This document shows, one piece after another, positions 21,607 to 31,463 of a DNA stretch of 64,000 nucleotides (positions are counted from its first letter, which is position 1; the number at the start of each line of letters is the position of its first letter). The notes below the pieces were generated by a model, which searched no databases, was not told the DNA's origin, and saw only the letters and a list, made by a program, of their open reading frames with translations. The translations under genes were made by a program, and so were the position numbers. Source of the stretch: an uncultured bacterium (lineage in GTDB: Bacteria; Krumholzibacteriota; Krumholzibacteriia; LZORAL124-64-63); the NCBI GenBank assembly GCA_963732385.1, contig CAVSZB010000007.1:864001-928000 (forward strand). The letters are read 5' to 3'.

Positions 21607-22632
21607 CTACCGGCCCCCGTAACGGCGGGCCATCTCCTCCAGGGAGACCACCGGGATCCTGCCGGCCTGGCCCGCCTGGCCGAACGCGATCATGCGCTCG
21701 CGGACCACCTCGACCATCGCGTCGCGAGCCGGCTTCATGTAGTCGCGCGGGTCGAAGGCGCCCGGGTTCTCCTGCAGCACGCGACGGATCGCGCCGGTCA
21801 TGGCGAGCCGGTTGTCGGTGTCGACGTTGACCTTGCGGACGCCGTGCCGAATGCCGCGCTGGATCTCCTCCAGCGGTACGCCGTAGGTCTCGGGCATCTG
21901 CCCGCCGTAGCGGTTGATGATCTCGATCAGCGCCGCGGGCACCGACGAGCTGCCGTGCATGACCAGGTGCGTGTCCGGCAGCCGGCGGTGGATCTCCTCG
22001 ATGACACTCATGCGTAGCACATCGCCGGTCGGCTTGTGCTTGAACTTGTAGGCGCCGTGACTGGTACCGATGGCGACGGCCAGCGCATCGCAGCCGGTGT
22101 CGCTCACGAACTGCGCGGCCTGCTCCGGGTTGGTAAGATGGGCGAGCGCCTCCTCGCCCGTGAGCCCGGCGCCGTGGCCGTCTTCGATCCCGCCGAGACA
22201 GCCGATTTCTGCCTCCACCGTCACGCCCTGCGCGTGCGCGGCGGCCACCACCTCGCGCGTCACCCGCACGTTGTACTCGTAGGTCGAGGGGGACTTGCCG
22301 TCGGCGGTGAGGCTGCCGTCCATCATCACCGAGGTGAATCCCTGCGCGATCGCGGACAGGCAGGTTTCCGGGCTGTTGCCGTGATCCTGGTGCATGGCGA
22401 TGGGCAGACGCGGATTCAGCTCGGCCGCGGCGAGCATGAGGTGCCTCAGGTAGGCGTCGTTGGTGTAGGCGCGCGCGCCGCGCGACGCCTGCACGATGAC
22501 CGGCGATTCGGTCTCGGCGGCCGCCTGCATGATCGCCTGGATCTGCTCCATGTTGTTGACGTTGAACGCGCCGACGCCGTAACCGTGCTCGGCGGCGTGA
22601 TCCAGCATGACACGCATCGGAATCAGTGGCAT
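21607..22632 (-). CDS. fba: Class II fructose-bisphosphate aldolase
   Basis: [30 protein letters not shown] and VMHGSSSVP motifs. Confidence 0.95.
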   Translation of the reverse strand: MPLIPMRVMLDHAAEHGYGVGAFNVNNMEQIQAIMQAAAETESPVIVQASRGARAYTNDAYLRHLMLAAAELNPRLPIAMHQDHGNSPETCLSAIAQGFTSVMMDGSLTADGKSPSTYEYNVRVTREVVAAAHAQGVTVEAEIGCLGGIEDGHGAGLTGEEALAHLTNPEQAAQFVSDTGCDALAVAIGTSHGAYKFKHKPTGDVLRMSVIEEIHRRLPDTHLVMHGSSSVPAALIEIINRYGGQMPETYGVPLEEIQRGIRHGVRKVNVDTDNRLAMTGAIRRVLQENPGAFDPRDYMKPARDAMVEVVRERMIAFGQAGQAGRIPVVSLEEMARRYGGR

Positions 22633-22705
22633 GGGTCTTCCTTTCGCTCGCCCCCGCCCGGGGGCGACTCCTGCCGACCCGCCGCGCATCCGCGCGGCTG
22701 GTTCC

Positions 22706-22734
22706 AAGCTAAGCGATCGGGCGCGGGAGTTCAA
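22706..22734 (-). promoter_or_regulatory. Putative sigma70 promoter for fba
   Basis: TTGAAC-N17-TAGCTT. Confidence 0.5.
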
Positions 22735-22840
22735 CGCCGGTCGGCCGCGCGCCGGCATCCGCCCGGCAACGCGGGAGAGCGGGCTGCGCGCGCGACCGCC
22801 CCGGGGTGTGGCCCCCGGCGGGCTGCGCGCGCGGCGGGGG

Positions 22841-23302
22841 TCAGTCGTCGAGTTGCAGCCGCAGCAGCACCGGGTGCCCCTCGACCACGAAGCCGACGGC
22901 GTCAGGCGCGTCGCGCAGGGCGGTCCAGCCGGCCCCATCGAGCCGGCTGAGCTGCGGCGCATCGAGGTCGAAAACCGCCGACTCGCCGGCCACCACCGTC
23001 AGCACGTGACCGCAGGTCACGTTGAGCAGTTCCTGGAAAGCGTCGCCGGACCGGTCGAGCGCCTGCGCATCCTGAGGCTCGAGCCCGAGCACGTTGGCCG
23101 CCAGTTCCTGGCAGAGGCTGTCCGCGGCCGCCAGGGTGAGCGAGCCGCGGCGCGCGCCGCCGAAGGTCATGGCGGCCAGGACCGCGCCGCCGGCGGGCGC
23201 AGGCAGATCGGCCGGGCCGGTCGGGTCGCCGAACATGAAGGCCATGCGCGCGAGGACATCGCAGAAGACCCCTCCGACCAGTTCCATGGTCTCAACCTTC
23301 AT
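22841..23302 (-). CDS. CheX-like phosphatase (divergent)
   Basis: ELAANVLG and [13 protein letters not shown] (ExxN); lies in the che cluster. Confidence 0.75.
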   Translation of the reverse strand: MKVETMELVGGVFCDVLARMAFMFGDPTGPADLPAPAGGAVLAAMTFGGARRGSLTLAAADSLCQELAANVLGLEPQDAQALDRSGDAFQELLNVTCGHVLTVVAGESAVFDLDAPQLSRLDGAGWTALRDAPDAVGFVVEGHPVLLRLQLDD

Positions 23303-23681
23303 TGGGCACCCCCACCGTGTCTTCGACGACCTGACGCAGAAGTTCGGGAGTGAACGGCTTGCGGATGTAGGCCCGCACCCCGGACGCCCGGAGCTGTTCG
23401 ATCCGGCTGACGCTCCCCTCCGTCGAGCAGATGATGACGGGGATCGTCTGCAGCAGTCCGTCCTCGCGCATCTTCTCGATCATCTCCACGCCGTTCATCA
23501 CCGGCATGTTGATGTCCGCGAAGACCAGGTCGATCCACTCTCTGCCCAGGATCGCCAGGGCCTCCCGCCCGTTGGCTGCCTGGTGGAGATTCCCCACCGG
23601 CACCCCCGCCAGCTCGAGCGAGCGGGCGATCACCGCCCGCACCGTGGTCGAGTCGTCGACCAGCAGGATATTCAGCGCCAT
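23292..23681 (-). CDS. cheY: CheY-like response regulator
   Basis: LLVDDS, DINMPVMNG, STEG and KPF motifs. Confidence 0.88.
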   Translation of the reverse strand: MALNILLVDDSTTVRAVIARSLELAGVPVGNLHQAANGREALAILGREWIDLVFADINMPVMNGVEMIEKMREDGLLQTIPVIICSTEGSVSRIEQLRASGVRAYIRKPFTPELLRQVVEDTVGVPNEG

Positions 23682-23738
23682 GTCCGCCTCCCCGGCGCGC
23701 GGGCCCCGTCTCACGGACGGTGCGGCGCGCCCGTTCTC

Positions 23739-24107
23739 CTACGCTCCGACCTTGGCCAGGGTCTCCTGCACCTTGACGGCCACGGTCTCCGGCTTGAACG
23801 GCTTGACGATATAGTTGTTGGCTCCCGCCTTGAGAGCCTCGATGACGCGCAGCTTCTCGGCCTCCGTCGTCACCATGATGATGGGCATCTTCTGTCCCGC
23901 CGCACGGATCGCTTTGACGGCGTCGATCCCCAGCATGTTCGGCATGTTCCAGTCCATCAGGATCAGGCCGTAGTCGCCCTCGCCCGCAGCGGCCACCGCC
24001 AGCTGGCCGTCGGCGGCCTCCCCCACTTCCGTGATACCGGCCTGCTTGAGCGCGCCGATCAGGATCTTGCGCATCACCGCGGAATCATCCACCACCAGGG
24101 CCTTCAT
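23739..24107 (-). CDS. cheY: CheY-like response regulator
   Basis: VVDDS, DWNMPNM, MVTTEA and YIVKPF motifs. Confidence 0.92.
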   Translation of the reverse strand: MKALVVDDSAVMRKILIGALKQAGITEVGEAADGQLAVAAAGEGDYGLILMDWNMPNMLGIDAVKAIRAAGQKMPIIMVTTEAEKLRVIEALKAGANNYIVKPFKPETVAVKVQETLAKVGA

Positions 24108-24622
24108 GAGTTCCTTCCTTCCCCGGCGCCGGCGCCGATGGGCTCCGTCTGTGCTGTTGTCTGCTCGAGGGTCACCCGCAGCGTGAACGCGCCCAGCTCG
24201 CTGGCGAAAGGGACGTCCAGCCAGGTGGACTGGGTCAGTCCCTGTACGGAGTAGTCCTGTCCCCGCACCACGGTCGGCAGGCTCAGGTCGGTCACCGCGC
24301 CGTTACCAGAATTGAGCTTCGCCTTCGCCCCGCCGGCCACGATGTTGACCAGTTCGGCCAGCCCGTCGCCGAGCGAATCGGCGAGCTCCGCCTCCGGCAG
24401 CCCGGTCATGCGGCCCACCATCGCCAGCGCCGTCGAGTCCGGGAACGACAGCGCCACCGTGCCGCGCACGGGCCCGCTGAGGCCGATCAGGGCGGTGAGA
24501 TCGCCCGACGACTCGCCCGGCTTCACCAGCCCCACGCGGCCGCGTTCGGCCGCGCAGCCGAGCATGGTCGTGAACAGTTCGTTCACGCTCTCGATGAAGG
24601 GATTGATGTACGCGACGTTCAT
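24104..24622 (-). CDS. cheX: CheX phosphatase
   Basis: YINPFIES, IGLSGPVRG, ELVNIVAGGAK and LSLPTVVRG motifs. Confidence 0.9.
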   Translation of the reverse strand: MNVAYINPFIESVNELFTTMLGCAAERGRVGLVKPGESSGDLTALIGLSGPVRGTVALSFPDSTALAMVGRMTGLPEAELADSLGDGLAELVNIVAGGAKAKLNSGNGAVTDLSLPTVVRGQDYSVQGLTQSTWLDVPFASELGAFTLRVTLEQTTAQTEPIGAGAGEGRNS

Positions 24623-26157
24623 GACGGTTTACGCTCCGTTGGCTGCGGCTGGCCCGCCCGCTGACCGCTCGCGCGAACCGCCTCCTCCCCCCCCGACGGG
24701 ATCCCGGCCCCGCCCTCCTTGCCTGCGGACTCCTCATCCTCGCCGTCGGCGTCACGTTCGCCGGGCAACGCCATCACTTTGCCCCGCACGAAGCGGGCAC
24801 GGAACGGCCCTTCCCGCAAATCATCGAGGATCAGGCGTCCCTCCGGCAGCACGAACACGGTGTCCGCGTGGGCACGCTGCAGCACGAGCACGCGCGGTAC
24901 AGCGCGATCGCGCGAGCCGGCCGCGAACTGCGCGGCGATGCGCTTCAGTTCGTCGATCGCGGACTCCATCTCCGCGGCGCGGGCGAGCAGTTCCGTGGCC
25001 GCCTCGCGCTGCTTGGGCGTGAGAGACTTCTCCCGCTCGAGCAGCGGATGCACCATCGACTGGATACGGGTGCGGGTCTGCTCGTGCCTGCGGGCCTCCT
25101 CTTCGCGCGCCGCGACCTCGGTGTTCCAGCGATGGTCCATACCGGCGCTGATGACCGTACGCGAAAGGCCCTCGCCCCCCGCCACGCCGACGGTCACGCC
25201 GCCGAGGGCCATCACGTCGCCCGACACGATGCGTCCGCGCGGGACCTCCACAGACCCGCGGCAGCGCACCACACTGTGGGTGATCTCGCTCTCGACCAGT
25301 ATCGTCTCGCCCACTTCGACCTCGGCATCGAGCAGGTACTTGGCCTGCATCTTGCCGCCCACGATGCTTGGCGCGTCACCCCGTCCCATCACGCCGCCGT
25401 GGACGATCAGATTGCCGCCGACGTTCAGCACTGACCGTTCCACGGTGCCGCGGATCTCGCAGTCTCCGCCGGCATCGATGCGCGATCCAGGTTCCATGTC
25501 GCCCTTCACCACGACCGCGCCCCGGTGGACGATGTGCCCCGTCTGGAGGCCGACATTGCCGTTGACCAGATAAACATTGTCGACGGTGACCGCGCCCGAC
25601 GCGAGGCGCACGCGGCCGTCGAGGGTGGCGATCAGCGCGGCCCGTCCCGCCTCGCGCGGCTCGGTCCGCACGTTGGCGCCGGCGCGCAGGCGCAGCGCGG
25701 CCGGCACGGCGGCCGGCAGCTTCGTGCCGAAGACATCCAGCCCGTCGGCCCCCTTCTGCGGCTCGATCAGCGTGGCGATGACTTCGTCGGCGCCGATCGA
25801 CGGATTGCCGCGACGCTGCCAGAAATCGACGCCGCCCGCGGCATCTTCCACGAAACCGTCGGCGAAAAAGTCACGCGTCCAGATCACTTCGCCGTCAATG
25901 GACGGCTCCGGCTGGCGACCGTGCGCCACCTCAAGGTCGCACACCTCGCCACCGGGACCGGCAGCGGCCCTCACCATCCCCAGGAGCGCCTCGCCGTCGG
26001 GCAGGTTCGCCAGGCCCCGCTCGCGCAGCGCCGCGACCAGTTCGGATACGGCCGTTGCCGAGGCCTCATCCGGCAGCCGCCCCGACACGAGCACGCGCAT
26101 CGCATCGGCCGTGACCTGGAAGGTCAGCGCGCGCTCGGTGGCCAGCTCGTCGACCAT
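24619..26157 (-). CDS. FapA/DUF342-family protein
   Basis: G.DVFG, LRAGANV and GNVGLQTGHIVHRGAVVVKGD beta-helix repeats, followed by a coiled coil. Confidence 0.85.
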   Translation of the reverse strand: MVDELATERALTFQVTADAMRVLVSGRLPDEASATAVSELVAALRERGLANLPDGEALLGMVRAAAGPGGEVCDLEVAHGRQPEPSIDGEVIWTRDFFADGFVEDAAGGVDFWQRRGNPSIGADEVIATLIEPQKGADGLDVFGTKLPAAVPAALRLRAGANVRTEPREAGRAALIATLDGRVRLASGAVTVDNVYLVNGNVGLQTGHIVHRGAVVVKGDMEPGSRIDAGGDCEIRGTVERSVLNVGGNLIVHGGVMGRGDAPSIVGGKMQAKYLLDAEVEVGETILVESEITHSVVRCRGSVEVPRGRIVSGDVMALGGVTVGVAGGEGLSRTVISAGMDHRWNTEVAAREEEARRHEQTRTRIQSMVHPLLEREKSLTPKQREAATELLARAAEMESAIDELKRIAAQFAAGSRDRAVPRVLVLQRAHADTVFVLPEGRLILDDLREGPFRARFVRGKVMALPGERDADGEDEESAGKEGGAGIPSGGEEAVRASGQRAGQPQPTERKPS

Positions 26158-26189
26158 GATTCCCGCCTTGCGCCCGGACGGGCGCCGTG

Positions 26190-28838
26190 TCAGACCCCGG
26201 ACGCGGCTGCGGCCACGCCGCCGCTCTGCGCCAGTTTGACCAGGCCACTGGGATCGAGAATGAGTCCCACGCGTCCGTCGGGCATGATCGCACCGCCGGC
26301 GATTCCCGGCTGCGCCTGCATCGCCTTGCCCATGCTCTTGATCACGATCTGCTGCTGACCGAGCAGTTCATCGACCAGCAGGGCCGTCTGGCGGCCGTCC
26401 GCCTCGATTACCAGCGCCAGCGCGCGGGTCGGCTCGCGCTCCGCGTCCGGCACGCCGTAGAGGCGGTCGAGACGGTGCAGCGGCAGCAACTTCCCGCCCG
26501 CCGAGAGCATTTCGCCGCGGCCCAGGACCGAGGCCACGTCACCCGGCGCCGGCTGCACGGTGCGGACGATCGAGAGGGTCGGCACGATGTAGCGCTCACG
26601 GCCCACCCGCACGATCATGCCGTCGATGATGGCCAGCGTCAGCGGCAGACGGATGCTGAACGTGCTGCCGCGGCCCGCCTCGGAGCGGATCTCGACCGCC
26701 CCGCGCAGCGCCTCGATCGAACGCCGCACGACGTCCATGCCGACACCGCGCCCCGACACCTCGGTGATCTTCTTGGCCGTGGAGAAGCCGGGCTGGAAGA
26801 TGAGGTTGTAGATCTCGCGATCGGAGAGGGTCTCCCCCTCGCGCACCAGACCGCGCTCGATCGCCTTGGCCAGGATGGCGGCGCGGTCGAGGCCGCGGCC
26901 GTCGTCAGAAAGCTCGACGTAGATGTTGCCGCCGCGATGGTAGGCGCGCAGCTCGACCCGCCCCTTGTCCGGCTTGCCGGCCTGCCTGCGCGCCTCGACC
27001 GACGCCTCGAGCCCGTGGTCGACCGCGTTGCGCACCATGTGGACGAGCGGATCCCCGATCCGGTCGACAACCGTCTTGTCCAGCTCCGTATCCTCGCCCG
27101 TGACGACGAATTCGACCGGCTTGCCCGCTTTCACGGAGAGGTCGCGCGACAGGCGGGCCATCTTCTGGAACGTCGCCTTGATGGGCACCATGCGCAACGA
27201 GGTGGCCATCTCCTGCAGTTCGCGCGTGATCTTGTCGAGCAACCCGAGCTGGCGCGCCAATTCGCCGTCCACCGTTGCCCGTTCCTGCAGCGACTGGCTG
27301 ACCATCAGCTCCGCGATGACCAGCTCGCCGATCGCGTCCACCAGCCGGTCGAGCCGGTCGGTGTCGACCTTGACCGCTTCCTTCACCGTGACGGTCTGAG
27401 CTGCCGGAGGCGCCGCGCGTGTCGCCGCTGCACGGCCCTCCGCCGCCTCCGCAGCCGGCGCGACGGGGATCCGAACGTCCGTGTCAGACACGATCGCGGT
27501 GGCGACCGGCGGCGCGGCGCCGGCGTCCGAAACGGCGGCCGGCGACGCTTCCCCGGCCGACACGGCGCGCAGGCTCGCCAGCAGGCCCGGCAGTTCCGGT
27601 TCGGAGATCAGCCCGCAGCCGCTCTCGAGCGCGGCGCGCAACGCCTCCACGAGCCGTTTCATGAGGTCCACCGAGGAGAAGGTCACCTCGATCGCCGATC
27701 CCGTGAGGGTCAGCTTCCCCTTGCGCGCCCGGTCGAGCAGATTCTCCGCTTCGTGGGCGAGCTTACCGATGTCGTCGAGCCCCAGGAACCCGGCCACTCC
27801 CTTGATGGTGTGGAAGGCGCGGAAGATTCCGTTGAGCGCATCGTCCTGGCGGGGGTCGGCTTCCAGCGCCAACAGGTGGCCTTCCGCCGCATCGAGATGT
27901 TCGCACGCCTCGCTGACGAACTCGCCGAGCAGCGACGGGTCGCCGCTCAGGGGGACCGATGTCGTCGTCCCCACCGTCGCGTCCGTCACCGGCGGCTGCG
28001 CGGCGGGAGCCCCTGAGGGCTTCGCCTTCGCCTGGGGAGCGACGGGCGCGGCCGCCGTCAACGCCGTCAGCGCGCCGTCGCCTTCGCCCTGGAACATGGC
28101 AAGCAGCTCGCCGGACGGGGCCGGTTGTTCGCAGGCGCCGCGACAGAAGGCGAACATCAGTTCGAGCCAGTCGCGCGCCTCCAGAAGCGGCTGGACGAGC
28201 GTGATCGCGGGACGCGCCTGCAGGGCGTCCTCGATCGCGTGACAGAGATGTTCGACCTCGTGCAGACCGAGCAGCGCGGATTCGCCCTTCACCGTGTGCA
28301 CCTGGCGCCGCAGCAACGCCAGCTTATCGCCTTCAGCGTCGTTCCCCGCCTCGATGGCCAGAATCGCCGCCTCGATCTCCTCGAGCACGCCCCCCTGACG
28401 TCCCAGAAATTCGGCGTAGATCGCCGGCTCGACATGGGACGGCAGTGCGCCCGGGTGACGCATGCCTTCGGGCAGGGCGGGCCGGGCGGCCGCCACGCCG
28501 GCGGCGAGCCCGAGTTCGGAAGGCAACTCGACGGTGGCCGGATCACGCCCTTCGCACAACACGGCCTGCAAAGCCGATACTGTTCGTCCGACCACTTCGA
28601 GCGATGCGACCGGATCCGGAACTTCGCTCAGGATTACCTGTCCGAGCAGCGTGGCCGCGGCAGCGGCGGCGGCGACGGTCATCGCCCCCGAGGGGGGCAG
28701 TTCCTCGGCAAGTGCATCGAGCCAGCCGTGTACCTGCGCCAGGTCCTGCAGGTCGGCCGGCCCTGCGAGAACCAGGGTGCTCGCCGCCTTTTCCAGCAAC
28801 TCCTGCAGACGGGCCTCGCCAACGATCACGTCGGTCAT
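26190..28838 (-). CDS. cheA: Chemotaxis histidine kinase CheA with two Hpt domains
   Basis: HTVKG and FRAFHTIKG Hpt motifs; HMVRNAVDHG, DDGRG and SGRGVGMDVV; C-terminal CheW-like domain. Confidence 0.95.
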   Translation of the reverse strand: MTDVIVGEARLQELLEKAASTLVLAGPADLQDLAQVHGWLDALAEELPPSGAMTVAAAAAAATLLGQVILSEVPDPVASLEVVGRTVSALQAVLCEGRDPATVELPSELGLAAGVAAARPALPEGMRHPGALPSHVEPAIYAEFLGRQGGVLEEIEAAILAIEAGNDAEGDKLALLRRQVHTVKGESALLGLHEVEHLCHAIEDALQARPAITLVQPLLEARDWLELMFAFCRGACEQPAPSGELLAMFQGEGDGALTALTAAAPVAPQAKAKPSGAPAAQPPVTDATVGTTTSVPLSGDPSLLGEFVSEACEHLDAAEGHLLALEADPRQDDALNGIFRAFHTIKGVAGFLGLDDIGKLAHEAENLLDRARKGKLTLTGSAIEVTFSSVDLMKRLVEALRAALESGCGLISEPELPGLLASLRAVSAGEASPAAVSDAGAAPPVATAIVSDTDVRIPVAPAAEAAEGRAAATRAAPPAAQTVTVKEAVKVDTDRLDRLVDAIGELVIAELMVSQSLQERATVDGELARQLGLLDKITRELQEMATSLRMVPIKATFQKMARLSRDLSVKAGKPVEFVVTGEDTELDKTVVDRIGDPLVHMVRNAVDHGLEASVEARRQAGKPDKGRVELRAYHRGGNIYVELSDDGRGLDRAAILAKAIERGLVREGETLSDREIYNLIFQPGFSTAKKITEVSGRGVGMDVVRRSIEALRGAVEIRSEAGRGSTFSIRLPLTLAIIDGMIVRVGRERYIVPTLSIVRTVQPAPGDVASVLGRGEMLSAGGKLLPLHRLDRLYGVPDAEREPTRALALVIEADGRQTALLVDELLGQQQIVIKSMGKAMQAQPGIAGGAIMPDGRVGLILDPSGLVKLAQSGGVAAAASGV

Positions 28839-28912
28839 CGTTCCCCCTCGAACAGTCCGGGTCGGCAGCGCGGGATCGGCCTGGCGCACGGGTCGTGGTG
28901 CGACTTGTCATA

Positions 28913-28939
28913 GCATCGGACAGCGTGGACTTGGCTTTA
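28913..28939 (-). promoter_or_regulatory. sigma28 (FliA)-like promoter for the che cluster
   Basis: TAAA-N15-TCCGATGC versus consensus TAAA-N15-GCCGATAA, about 75 nt upstream of the cheA ATG. Confidence 0.6.
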
Positions 28940-29399
28940 GGTAACAACGGCGGCGAAGAGGACCGGCGCGGCATCCGGTGGCGCACCCGACAAACTCCGA
29001 CCGCGTGGCGAGCCGGGACCTGCCGCCGCCACGGCGGCAGGGACGCCGCACCTCCCAGCCGGAATCCGACCGGTCGGCGCCCGGGCCATGCCCATAAGAG
29101 AGAATTACAAATCGTATAGGGATGGCCTGTTACAGTATTTTCCGAGAAAACGAATGAACTTCCGATAATGATGGCCTGACGCCGGCGCCGCGACAGGGCG
29201 ACCCGTGAGGCCGGCGCCCGCCGCCGCGCGCCCGGTTCGGGCAGGTTCGCAGCCGGCAGGCCGGCTGCGCGGTCAGGAGCGCAGGGTGATCGTCTGGACG
29301 CAGACCCTGGCGCAGCCAGAGCATACCCATCCTTTCACCTCGGGGCACCTGATTCCGGCGATCGTCACCCTGGACGCGATCCCGCTTCTTCTCCGGCCC

Positions 29400-29430
29400 T
29401 TGACAGGGCGGTAATACGTAGTATTAATAC
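29400..29430 (+). promoter_or_regulatory. sigma70 promoter with overlapping palindromic operator
   Basis: TTGACA at 29400 with an AT-rich -10 region; TAATAC-GTA-GTATTA (29412-29426) and GTATTAATAC (29421-29430) palindromes. Confidence 0.7.
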
Positions 29431-29471
29431 CGACTCGCATGTCCTCATGCTTCGACTAGAGGATAGTCGTC

Positions 29472-29765
29472 ATGCCGAACCACAAGTCGGAAATCATCAC
29501 CTTCAAAGCGGATCGTGCGCTGCTGCAGGCGATGCAGGGGCTGCCCAACCGCTCCGAATTCATCCGGTCGGCCGTGCTTGCAGCGCTCGACAGCGCCTGT
29601 CCGCTCTGCCGCGGCACCGGCATCCTGAGCGCGCAGCAGCGGCAGCACTGGTCCACCTTCGCACGCAGCCACACGGTTCAGGAGTGCACCGACTGCCACG
29701 AGTGGCACTTGGTGTGCGGTCAAGGCGAGCCCCCGGAGAAGAACAGCCATGTCGCACAGGACTGA
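29472..29765 (+). CDS. Ribbon-helix-helix (CopG-like) regulator with Cys/His metal-binding C-terminus
   Basis: IITFK beta-strand and NRSEFIRSAV helix; CPLC and H..ECTDCHEWHLVC; GAGGA RBS. Confidence 0.8.
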   Translation: MPNHKSEIITFKADRALLQAMQGLPNRSEFIRSAVLAALDSACPLCRGTGILSAQQRQHWSTFARSHTVQECTDCHEWHLVCGQGEPPEKNSHVAQD

Positions 29766-30687
29766 ACACTGTCTGCGACGACTCGCTGTGACGCTGCTGC
29801 TGCTGGGGATCGGTCTGGCGAGCCGGCCGGCCACGCCCGCGGGGCTCGCCGCGCCCGGACCCGCGACGCCTTCGGCGCTCATGACGTTCGTGACGATCCT
29901 GCCCCAGGCGTATCTGGTCCAGACGATCGCCGGCCCTCACGCGCGCGTGGAGGTGCTCGTGGGGCCGGGCCAGTCGGCTGAGACATACGAACCGACGCCC
30001 CGCCAGATGGCGGCGCTCGACGACGCCGTCGTCTATTTCCGGATCGGCGTCCCCTGCGAACGTTCCCTGCTGCCCAAGATCGCCAGACTCCATCCCGAAC
30101 TGCCGATCGTTGACGTGCGCCAGGGGATCCGCCTGCGCCCGTGGGAAGGCGACGACGGCCACGGCCACGACGAGGGCGACCCCCACATCTGGCTCGACCC
30201 CGCGCTGGCGCGGACCCAGGCCCGCACCATCGCCGCCACCCTCGCGCGGCTCGACCCGGCGCGCGCGGAGGCCTACGCCGCAGGGCTGGCGCGCCTCGAT
30301 GCCGAATTGTCCGCCACCGAAGCGGAGGTGGCGCGACTCCTGTCGCCATGGCGCGGCCGCTCCTTCTATGTGTTCCACCCCGCCTTCGCCTACCTCGGCG
30401 CCCCCTTCGGGCTGCGCCAGGTCGCCGTCCAGCGGGGCGGACGCGAACCGGCAGCGCGTGAACTGGCGGCGCTGATCGATCAGGCGCGGCGCGAGGGGGT
30501 ACGCGCGATCTTCATCCAGCCGCAGTACGCCCCGCGCAGCGCGCTCACGGTGGCCGAGGCGATCGGGGCGCGGCTCGTGCCGCTCGACGATCTCGCGCCC
30601 GACTATCCGGCCAACCTGCGCCGGATGGCGGCGGCCCTTGCGCAGTCGTTCACCGCCGATCCGGCCACCGCGCGAGAGCAGCCGTGA
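29749..30687 (+). CDS. znuA: Zn/Mn ABC transporter substrate-binding protein
   Basis: YEPTP, His-rich loop GHGHDEGDPHIWLDP, FHPAFAY and REPAAREL motifs. Confidence 0.88.
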   Translation: MSHRTEHCLRRLAVTLLLLGIGLASRPATPAGLAAPGPATPSALMTFVTILPQAYLVQTIAGPHARVEVLVGPGQSAETYEPTPRQMAALDDAVVYFRIGVPCERSLLPKIARLHPELPIVDVRQGIRLRPWEGDDGHGHDEGDPHIWLDPALARTQARTIAATLARLDPARAEAYAAGLARLDAELSATEAEVARLLSPWRGRSFYVFHPAFAYLGAPFGLRQVAVQRGGREPAARELAALIDQARREGVRAIFIQPQYAPRSALTVAEAIGARLVPLDDLAPDYPANLRRMAAALAQSFTADPATAREQP

Positions 30688-31463
30688 ACGCCGTCCCGGC
30701 CATTGCCGTCGGCGACCTCGCCTTCGCCTATCCGGGCGAGCCTCCGGTGCTCGAGGAGGTGACCTTCACGATCGCCGAGGGCGATTTCGTCAGCGTGGTC
30801 GGTCCCAACGGCGGCGGCAAGACGACGCTGCTGCGGCTGCTGCTCGGACTGCTCTCACCCTCGCGCGGCCAGGTGCGTCTTTTCGGCCTGCCGCCGGAGC
30901 AGGCGCGCCGTCAGATCGGCTACATGCCGCAGCACCCACAGCTCGATCCGCACTTCCCGGTCAGCGCTCGCGACGTGGTGCTGATGGGCTGTCTCGGTCC
31001 CGGCCGGCCGCGCGGCCTGTTCGGCCGCGACGACAAGGACGCTGCGCGGCGGGCCCTGGCCGAGGTCGGGCTCGAGGAGATGGAACGGCGCCCGTTCGCC
31101 GCCCTCTCCAGCGGACAGAAGCAGCGGGTGCTCATCGCCCGCGCCCTCGCCTGCTCGCCACGCCTGCTGTTGCTCGATGAGCCGACCGCCAACCTCGATC
31201 TCCACGTCGAGGGTGAACTGTACGCACTGCTGCGCGAGCTCAACCGCCGGCTCACGGTCGTACTGGTTTCCCACGATCTCGGCTTCGTCTCACGGTACGT
31301 GCGGACGGTCGTCTGCGTGAAGCGACGGGTGGCCGTCCACCCGACCAGCGAGATCACCGGCGAAATCATCCGTGACATGTACGGCGGCGACGTGCGGGTC
31401 GTGCGCCACGATCACGACGTGCCCTGCGCGGCCGCCGAACCGCCCGGAGGGGACGGCGCGTGA
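30684..31463 (+). CDS. znuC: Metal ABC transporter ATPase
   Basis: GPNGGGKT, IGYMPQ, LSSGQKQR, LLDEP and SHDL motifs. Confidence 0.9.
   Translation: MNAVPAIAVGDLAFAYPGEPPVLEEVTFTIAEGDFVSVVGPNGGGKTTLLRLLLGLLSPSRGQVRLFGLPPEQARRQIGYMPQHPQLDPHFPVSARDVVLMGCLGPGRPRGLFGRDDKDAARRALAEVGLEEMERRPFAALSSGQKQRVLIARALACSPRLLLLDEPTANLDLHVEGELYALLRELNRRLTVVLVSHDLGFVSRYVRTVVCVKRRVAVHPTSEITGEIIRDMYGGDVRVVRHDHDVPCAAAEPPGGDGA

Noticed and set aside
29142..29168. Second sigma28 promoter (TCCGATAA) on the + strand
   Set aside because: There is no TAAA at the proper spacing and no clear downstream gene.
28950..29400. c-di-GMP or other riboswitch upstream of cheA
   Set aside because: No recognisable aptamer consensus by eye; an Infernal/Rfam search would be decisive.
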